A stretch of DNA of 64,000 bases from Tubiluchus corallicola (Eukaryota > Animalia > Priapulida). The translations under genes and the position numbers were made by a program. Below, one piece after another: positions 54,186 through 64,000 of this stretch. The stretch spans positions 310,001 to 374,000 of the forward strand of contig JAQGDQ010000137.1 in the NCBI GenBank assembly GCA_030141605.1, given 5' to 3'. The number at the start of each line of letters is the position of its first letter. The first letter of the stretch is position 1. The notes beneath the pieces are model-generated. The model was not told where the DNA came from and did not search any database. It was given only the letters and a program-made list of their open reading frames with translations.

Positions 54186-56761
54186 CAATGCTCAACGAGC
54201 AGATGGAGGAACCAAAGCTTCCTTATCTTGAGGAACCTTATACTGAGTTCAAATAATAGAGTGAAGTTGTATAAAAATTTGCAGTTATTCTGTAATCATG
54301 TGTATGTATTTACAACTAATTAACTTACCAATTATATACCAAGCATAGGCTCCTTAAGCAAAATTACTTTGCATTAATACTGTTAACAACTATTTCTGTG
54401 CCATAATCATATTTCCTGTAATATTTGAGTGCAACAGTGTTAGAATTACGAATGCAGTACATTTGAATTGGAACAAAAATTATTTTTTTTGTAGAAAGCA
54501 GCCAAAATTTGTCAAAACTTTGCCATGACTGCAATAAAAATATCTGCTTTTACAACAGTGTAGATCGGTTAAATAGTTTACTCTTAAGATCAGAATTCCT
54601 TTCTCACCAGTAAGTGTACATGTGAATACGTGGGACTATGATATTTTATTTCACACCTAAAAAAACAGAACACACAAAGGTAATATTATCAATAGGCAAA
54701 TTTGGTTTGTGTGACGGGAACGTAGGACCAAGTGGTCATTTACACACTCCCCTTACATATTAGATGGTATAATTAGTTCATGGGGCCTGTAGAAAAATTA
54801 TATAACTACTATTATTATATTAATGTAGCAAGACAATCATTACCAGTATTGAGAAATTAGGATTAATTTAAACTGAATTAGTCAAAAATTTGATATGGCG
54901 ACCTACAAGCAAAACTGAAGATAATAACAGTAATATTTGTGATGAGAAGTTAACTATTGAATAATATTAAACAAACATAACTATTATGCAGGTAGAAAAC
55001 ATTGAGGAGATAGAAAATAACTAATACTTGTAATGAGAAATACTTAGTTTCCCTATATTAATTTTAAATATACACATACTTACATGTACACACTCCCACA
55101 CACATATATATACAGACCAGACATATATACACACACAAGCTTAAAAAATGCATATGCATGTTTATGATGTAGACACATAAAATTATCATCCCGTAAACAT
55201 TATCTTGATGCTCAAAAATTACGCATTTAATGGCCAATGGCAATAAAATTTCATGACAATGTTGTTTTCTTTAAAGGTTACTGTACAACCATTATGTTAC
55301 CTCACATTTATAGCAAGGTGTATATGCAAAAAAAAGAACACAAACACAAATAAAAATTGTATAATGTATATACAAGAAGTTTTTTATTTTTGAGAAATGA
55401 CAATGAAAAGCGATAACAAACAGCATGTTATAATGTATCACCCCAAAATGCAGCACAATTTTTTCAATGCGCATACACTTTTAATCTAAAACTAGGCATA
55501 AGCTGCATAACTCCTTATCCTGAAAAACACAAGCCATACAGACTCTGTTGTGCCACTATTATAGTAACTAGGAGCTTTAGTTTGACCAAATTATGAAGCT
55601 AAGTATTATAAAAATAATGATAAACTGAAATACTGCAGCTGAGAAATATGCCATGCTTCAAAAAAGTTCATCACTAAAATAACAAACTCAAAAACAATTT
55701 TTATTAACATAGTTAACATACTAAATTACCAACTAGGCCCACTGTAGAAAATAGTAATACGGATTGATCAATACATAGGTACACACAAAGTCTAAGTCAA
55801 GCCACTGGAGTATCAAGTGTGCCACTGATCCCAAAATTTATTTTGATTAAATTAACAATGTTACTTATCAATATACGGCAAGTCAGTCGCAGCCCAATTA
55901 ACAGATGCTACCAAAATGCAAATTTAATGCTCTATCCTGTTAAATAAAATATAGCTACCTACTCTATTTTGTTGCAGGAATTAACTAAATAAAAATCAAT
56001 AAATTATTATTATTATTATGGCATTTTGTACAGAAACAGCAATGAATGTAACATATCATTATAAGACTATTTTGTACAACATTCTCCAGCAATCTCTAAA
56101 GTAAATTACTTACATGCACAAATGAGAAAAGATGTGCCCTTAGACCAAATAATCAGGAGATTATACAGCACTCAGGTATAAAAATAAATAACATTTAGGA
56201 TGATACAGAAAAGCACACATAACACATTCAATAGCTTTCTGGTTGAATATACATTAGGCCAATTTTTTTACAATGAATTGTCTTATTAACCACTAATAAG
56301 AATACCTAAAAATGCCATTCTAGTAAATGTAGCGGGCATACATGAATTACATACCCAGTGGGTATGTAATTAAACAAGAAAACCTACCATGGCTATAACA
56401 ATTGAACTGCTGCCTTAAGAATGCTTACTTTAGTGACTGATAGTGCAAACTAAAGATATGTGACAATTTCTAGAATAGTTCCCCATTAAGTATCATGACC
56501 AGTGTACCGTACAGTTTATATTAGTGCTTAACGAGGCTAGTTAGCAAATTTGCATGTAGTGTATAAGCAACAAACCAACATTCTGACAGTAATTGAAATG
56601 TGCATAGTGCATCACACATGTATAACAAACTTCTCACCCAGTTAAAGATTATATAATACACACAAGCAACAGCATCCCTTACATAGCGCAGTATATTATG
56701 TACATGTATTTATAACACATATATATATATATAATAAAGTAACGACAGTTACACTTTATTC

Positions 56762-59700
56762 TTAAGATGATACTATGACACCAGGCCGACGGCACTGTGT
56801 TAGCGGTCGATGCAATTCCTCTTTTAAAATAGGATGCTTCTCTGACAAGGTAAATATGGTTTTTCTTTCTCTTGTTGAACCACTATTCTCAACAGGATGC
56901 TCATCTCCTTTATCACCTTCCAAATACTTAATGGCTTGTACTATAGTTTCAAGGTTTTGCCTTGACATTTGTGATGCCAAAACTGACGGAGCAACTTCCG
57001 ATGGAGCAGCATTAATGGATAATGGCTCCGGTGGAGTAACAACATTTACCGGCTGCTCGATGCGTTCCACATATGAAGGGATGTTTGATTTATGCACGTC
57101 TTCTTCCTGTCAAACAAGTAAAATAAAATATATAAAATTTAAAATCACAAAAGACCTTAAATATTGCAATGCAATAATGCAAGTTAAATTGTTTTTTGCA
57201 TATTATTCCTATATAAATACCAAATCAACTTCCAGCTCTTCGGACTAAATACTTGAGGACAAAACAATCTACATTCCTACAAAAGCAGTGACATGCACAA
57301 AATAAAATGAAATTATTAAATTTTAACTACTACAAACTGTAAGTGTAAACTAAGTGGCTCTAAGGAAGAAATTAAGGAGATACTCTTCATTGCTCTTACA
57401 AAAGTGATCTTTCCTTGTGCGAAAAATCACAACACAGTATACACAACAAAATAGGATATAGTAACTGGTGGATTTCAGACACTATACAAATTACTTTGCT
57501 ACATCTGTTTATGTTTGTTTCACTTGAATACTAGGGATGCACTGGATCTGGATTTGCAAATTAATGTAAACGATATTTCATTTGTTTAGCCTTTTGTTCA
57601 TGTGGTGCCATCACCTGTCCATTTTCAGTGTCACTGAGCAATCTTAAGTGGAAGCATTCTAAACGTTGTGATTTTGAACACTTGATGCTTGCTTGGTTTA
57701 AACTAAAACACTGCCAAACTATGTTTTACTGGAAGTAATGGGTCTAAATTGTTAGCAGACATTTTTGCGGCAGTATCTTTGCGTATTACTTGCTGCAAGG
57801 AATGACAGCGTGAAGATTGCTGGCATCACCTGTGCCACAAGCATGGCAGTATAGAAACTAAGGTAATAGAAATAGTCCTTTATATTTTTTAAAAAAAATA
57901 AGGCTATTTCGATAATTACACTCTTATGCACATTTTTTCTTACCAGATCTTTTTTCATAAATCAGTAATTTTACCCATAGAGAAATTGAAATACAAACAA
58001 TGCAAAATCTGACAAGCATTTCTGCCGGATCTCGGGATCTAGTATATCCTTATTAAATATCGTAATGTCATTTAGAGTGATTTAGCAGAAAGCCGTAAAG
58101 TAAAGTCCTGCATCTAGGTAAAGTACGGGACTTTTGCAAAAAAAGTTTTATTTGCACATACATGCCGTGAAATCATCATTCTTTAATAGTTAATTTCACT
58201 TACTGTAACCCTCTACACATCAACAGTCATTTAATTAACTTGCTCTTACCTCTTTACACAAAGAATGGTGGTAAAAATAAGATGGTATATGGGGATGTAG
58301 ATCATGTAAACGTTCAGCATTAATCATATCAAGTTTTTGCTCTAGTGATGCCTTCTGCTTTTCCAGCATCAACCGAATTCGATGTTCACGATCGAGTTGC
58401 ACCCGAATTTCTAATATTTCTCTGCGCATTTCTTCAATTAGTGCTGCGTTATCATCCATATCTGCAACACCTTCATCTGAAGACACTACAAAAATACATC
58501 AATTTCTACTAAAATCACGTAGTTAATTATTTCACATATATAAAACAAGTGAGTGTACAAGTGAGAACACATTGCTTCATATACACAAGAAAACTACCGT
58601 TATGAGGAACATCTACAATATACTAACACAGTAACTCAACAAGATAATAAAATAGAATCAACTTGACCTATAATGGACATTCAGAATCTATTCAGTGTAT
58701 TACAAATTGATCAACTACATTTATCGATGCTTTAATTATTTGTAACCAAATAAAAAAATCTATTACAGCATTATGCTTTCTGCATACCAAATCAAAAATT
58801 ACAGTACCACCAGTTTGTACGTTGAAAATACACGAACTGCATGAGAAGTCATTTCAAACTAACAGTTGTCAGTCACATCATATAAAGCTTACAATCAAGA
58901 GTTATTAACTTAGAAGTTACAAGTTTACATCAAGGTTAGTGCAAACGAAATAACATGTGGCAGCACCTCACAAAAACACATTAGAATGCAAAGGTCGTTA
59001 ACGCTTAAAGCTAACACTCACCTGTGTCGCATTTGGAACGTTTGGGAGGCGGGGAATCATGGCCACTATCATTGTCTACTTTGTTAAATTTTGTCAGCAT
59101 CAGCTTCAACTGCATGTTCTGACTTAGTAACTGTTCTTTCTCCTTCAGAATTTTGTACAGATAGTGTGTTGTCTGTTGTAAAATAGCTGCCTATATAATA
59201 CAAAAAAATACTAGCTTACAAACATATATGAAATGTACAGGTATGCAATAAATAGTGGGTGAACAATCTTTACCTCAAAGTGAATTTTAATCGAATTTGT
59301 AACTTTCGAACGCGAAATAAACAGAATTTCGAATCACTAATAAAAACTGGTCTCACAAAAATCATGCATATTATTTGATTTTGTGCTGCAGCAAAAGCAC
59401 TAATAATTGATTTAAAAACTGTGCAGACAAATCGCAGCTAAACTGTGCAAGTTGCATAATAATTCAAACGTTGTAATGATAATATATTTAGTTGAAGTGC
59501 TGAATTATCGAACGTCTGATAAAAATAAAACTATGCAAAGTAGAATTTATTTTATGCCGATACTCTCAAAGCTAATATGCAAGGATCTCTGACCCCAGAC
59601 TATTTTTGCACAACTGCTATTGTGAGGGCAACTAACACTCATTACTATTACTAAATTGTTTTTTGTTTTGAAGACACCAACATGTTAAAGCAGTGTACAA

Positions 59701-60703
59701 GAACATAAAAAACCTGGTAGTATTAACCAAAAAAAACATGATAGGAGTCTAACGATAACCCACACTACAACATTGCAGTGCCCACAGTTGGCAAACAAAA
59801 TATGTTATTAATACAGTATTTTAGACCACTCTCCAAAATTGTTTGAAATTGCACATGACAGCAATAAAACAATAGATAAAGAACGAAAAAAATCAATGGA
59901 AAGCAATTCAAATTACCTTGCTTAGCTTTTCTCCATCAGTTTGTGGTAGAAGCGTTCGGAGTGACTGGAATCCAGAATTTATGCTTTGCATTCGTCTTCT
60001 TTCATTGCTGTTTGCTATTTCTCGTCGAATTTTTTTATTATGATCCACCTGCGACTTTAATCCTTTAGTAGTAAACCTAAAATGAAAAACAGACAATTAT
60101 TATTATAAATTAGCAAAACACTTATTATCCCTGAATGACTTCTAGGTGATAACAAAATATTATAACAGAAATAAACTGTTAGGATTCATTGCCAACATCA
60201 CATTTCTTAGCCATTTACTTATTTGCTACAGGACACAGAAATATTGGAAAATACAAATTAGCTGTGTCTATAAAGAACACCACATGTCAAATGTCATATT
60301 AAAGCCTAAATTGTTATTATGCACTAATCTAACAAACAGACCAACATAATATTATGTAGAAAAATAGTACCGTACAAAGTACAATTAACGTTCACAGTTC
60401 CACAAACATTCCAGCCGTAGTTGCTGTATCGTCCAGCTGAGAGAATGCACGCCCACACGGCGATACGCCCACGCCCGACTGTACACTTATCAATATAGTA
60501 AATCGAACGTAAAATTCAACAAATTATGTAACTTACACGCAAACGTTTCCTTTGCTTGCAGAATCAGATTCACACCAGTTGTCATCAGTTTTGTTGCCAC
60601 TGTCATTGCAATAATGGTAGCTATAGTCGTCATTACCGGTTCCAGATATGCTGTCGGTATCGCTGACATTAGCTTGAACAGCAAGCACAGGTAACTTCGA
60701 CAT
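56762..60703 (-). CDS. TFAP4: Transcription factor AP-4 (bHLH-ZIP; cropped-like), 5 exons
   Basis: Exons 60703-60537, 60076-59917 (IRREIANSNERRRMQSINSGFQSLRTLLP..GEKLSK), 59190-59022 (AAILQQT), 58485-58250 (SSDEG, zipper), 57106-56762 (SRQNLETIVQAI). Splice phases are consistent. The start codon is the least certain part. Confidence 0.95.
57532..58052. mobile_element. hAT-like MITE in an AP-4 intron
   Basis: Degenerate TIRs TAGGGATGCACTGGATC / GATCTAGTATATCCTTA; TSD ttgaatac/ttaaatat. Confidence 0.6.
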
Positions 60704-63700
60704 TCTTACACAGCCGGTTTACAAACACCACTCCCGGTAATACTTAAAAGATGCACAAAGTAGTTGATTTAAAATAATAAAGTAGAATCCTCTAAGTATC
60801 AGTTCCTAGCGAAAGTGATTTAAACACTTGCGTACTTATTTCACAAAAAATTGAAAAACTTTAGGCATATGCTTTTACGACCCACTACATCAGATGGCAA
60901 TGAATGTACTTTGGCGGGAACACGCCAAATGTTACAAATTAATCCGCAAAGAAATAGGGGCACATACAAATATACACGAAACATGCACCAAATGCTGCTT
61001 CTTATTCATAAGCAACGTGGTTACCCAAATTGATTTCTTGCCCAATAATATCCTAAACTAGTCAAATTTTATCGAAATAGACAAAATATTGAACTATATT
61101 TGTTCGCGTAAAGTTCGATACCATCGGGAACGTGGCTACGGTGAATTTAGCATGTTGAGAGAATTGATCAGCACTATGAAAGAATAATTAAAGTCCGAAT
61201 CAAAACTTTTGCAAATTTATGTAGCACAGTATAAAAATACATCGCCCATTTCTGGTAGTTCGCAGCTAGACCTTTTATTGAGCAGCACTTGAGCATTATT
61301 TAAAATTACTCGCGTGATATTTTGCTAATTCTCTCTACGTCACATGTAGTACACTCACAGCTGTTTTCTGACCAATCGCATATCGCTGCATTCCCGCCGT
61401 GTACTTCTGTTGTGAATCACCAAAGGGACTATTCCATTACATGTTTCAATGGGTAGAAAGCTTCTTTGCATAATCAGATGTGTACGATCGCTGATGCTAT
61501 GACACTGCTTATTCAATATTGCTTTGCTAGAAATGATAAACAGAGAGATTAAATGGCATTCACATAACATATTCACAGGAAATTTTATGCAGCAGACAAA
61601 ATATAAAAGACTAATGACTTAACAATATTAAAATCGTCACCCCTTCACAAAATAAATGATGGGATGATATAGTGTCGGCTTTTGCGCTAATTAAAACGTG
61701 TAAATTCACCCGATTTGGCCTGATTTATAAATTACAGGTCTTTTTCTAAGTTTTATGTATTGGAGATGATTCTGTTATTTCATATTTAATTTTAATTTAT
61801 TTACCAATAATCAATTCAGTTTTGTTTTCCAGCTATAGTTATTAAACAGAACATGTAGTTCGAATTCAAAATAACTTCGCATTTGCAGCAGTTGTCACTA
61901 GCACATGCACCATGCAAGTGGTAGTAGACACGTTTTTGCTGGTGAAAGAGTTGAAAATCGGGATTCTATGAGAATACATAAAACGAAAGTAAAAAGGCAC
62001 AGGTAAAAAGCACTCTGACAAGCAAGTTTGATCAAGACAAAAGCAAAAAGACCAAAGTGAAACACATAATAATGCGAGGTAATGGTACCACATGTAGAAA
62101 AGACAAAGACAATAAAAACAAAGGTATAAATTTAGATATTCCGAATAAAAAAGCAATGTAAAATGGTAAACGAAGATAAAAATGGTGACAAAAAATTCCA
62201 GTAATAAAAGAATTAGTTTTACTTCGGATTTTATAATGATTTTGTATGCGATAACTATGATTATGCACACGAAGATTTGTCTCACGTTTGGCATCTTTTT
62301 TCAGTACGTGATATAATCTAAATGATCAACAAATGATTCAAAAATGCCTAATGAAGAAATTTCAAATTTTATCAATTTTTTAGAACATCTTAACATTTTT
62401 AGCATTCGTTCATAATTTTTGCAGCGGGCACTCTAAATACTGGCGGCTTTCAGAACAATTAGTTTGAAAAACTAAAGTAATCATTGTTAGCTGATGTTTA
62501 CAGCTGCATATAAATTTTGAGATTATATCATCTTGTAAATTATAGGTGATTAACTAAAAGAGCACAATGGATAAGCCAGTCCAGTAAAACTTTGAAAAGT
62601 TCTGACGACCTTGATTGTTGTTGACATCTTACGCCAGGACCATGTACCTGCCTTGTATCTCTGTACGTTGGTTGCCTTAATTCGTGTATGTCAAAGAACG
62701 CTCCCTCAGTTTCTCTGGACGTCCTGTTTCCAAACTCTTTTATTGTTAACATTTCATGGTGAAAATCAAGTTAAAAATTTGCAAAACAAACCTGACCAAC
62801 GAAATCACCTTTGCAGAAGAATGTCCGCATCTGCTTCAATAACAACAGAAGTTTTTAGCCTATTTTTACTTGTGCTGAAAAATTTCTGTTTCAGAACACT
62901 TCAAAGTAATTATGTTGGCACCTTCAGAATCAACATCCAATGAGCGACCACATTTTTAATGAATCTTATAATTGTGAGACACCCCGATATTCTTGCCACA
63001 GCTTGGACTGCTTTCCTTATGTACTGGTTTTTGTATTAATTCTAGAGACTTTACCTTTTAGTTGCGAGACTTGGCTATAGAAAGTCAGCTGTATATCTTC
63101 TGTCGTTTTATTCTTCTGTATTCTACCATATATTTCCTAGTATTGACCATGTCATTATTCGAGTATTGGCATGCTCGTTTGTCTATGTCCGACACTCACC
63201 CAATATGATCGTAGTCTATGACGACTCCAACATACACCACAAAAACTAGTCTGTACACAGTAAACATATGCATAATCTGGTAACACTGCCTTCAATTAAT
63301 TTCGATATATATAAGGCTCCTGTTTAAATTGTCAAACGTATTGTCAGTTGTGATCGTATTACATTTGAAAGTTATTTATTAGTTCTCTTTCTTTTATCTA
63401 ATCTTCAACAATGAATGTTTTGCCCAGTACCTTCAGAAATCTTCTGTTCAAATAGCCACTTCAGTTCAAGACGCCTGCACCTTTTGTTATGATAATAATT
63501 ATGCCGATTGGACTCCTTTCATCCTGTTTTTGCTCGTTTTTCCTGGAATCACATCTTCTCAGTTAGTGCTTCTAAAATTGGATGATATTTTCAGTCGTTT
63601 AAGTACACACGGATCAAGTTATTTCATAGCGTACCTTTCAGCTTAAACCAAACTTTCAATCTTTTTGTCCACTCGCTCGTGTGGTATGTCTTATATATAA

Positions 63701-64000
63701 GGCCAACTTGAATTTTCTTCTATCCAGCCTGATTAAAAGCTGTTCAACAACTGTTTACTAGCATCAATTTTCCTTAGCTTCCTTTTCCTCAAAGTCCCTG
63801 CATAAACGGCAATGGTGAGAAATCTAATTATTGGTCAAGTTACCGGCACCCTATAATTAATCAAAACGAATAAGATGCACGGGAAAACAACACAGTTGAC
63901 TGAAATTTAAAATTATGGATCTTAATTAAAGAAACTATTTGCACAGACTATATCACAATATTTAAGGGTGTTTTAGCTGTATCATGTTTTAATTATTTTA

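Noticed and set aside
56775-57248. 157-aa plus-strand ORF
   Set aside because: Antisense shadow of the last AP-4 exon.
60490-60684. ORF MLFKLMSAIP... as AP-4 exon 1
   Set aside because: Wrong phase for the exon 2 acceptor; the MSKLPVL frame from 60703 splices in frame.
61866-62294. 142-aa hydrophobic ORF
   Set aside because: Explained by T-rich strand bias; no recognisable domain or splice support.

Overview
AT-rich eukaryotic DNA with spliceosomal introns, most likely from an invertebrate animal. Six spliced protein-coding genes were reconstructed by hand: the 3' end of an RGSL1/RGS22-like gene (+), derlin-1 (-), an EF-hand calexcitin/sarcoplasmic Ca-binding-like gene (+), two tandem 15-hydroxyprostaglandin dehydrogenase-like SDR genes (+) and the bHLH-ZIP factor AP-4 (-). 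Introns and intergenic DNA hold many mobile-element relics: hAT and pogo MITEs with TSDs, a non-autonomous Helitron, a deleted copia element, solo LTRs, CR1/L2 and piggyBac fragments, and a SINE. There are also two minisatellites and a near-identical ~0.95-kb x ~6 tandem array. The most notable observations are a U12-type intron feeding a 27-nt micro-exon in derlin-1, a duplicated derlin acceptor, an inverted pair of minimal hammerhead-ribozyme-like motifs in an HPGD intron, three CRE palindromes upstream of the EF-hand gene (one inside the Helitron), and the chimeric tandem array with (GA)n at its junctions. All homology calls come from motif recognition; no searches were run.
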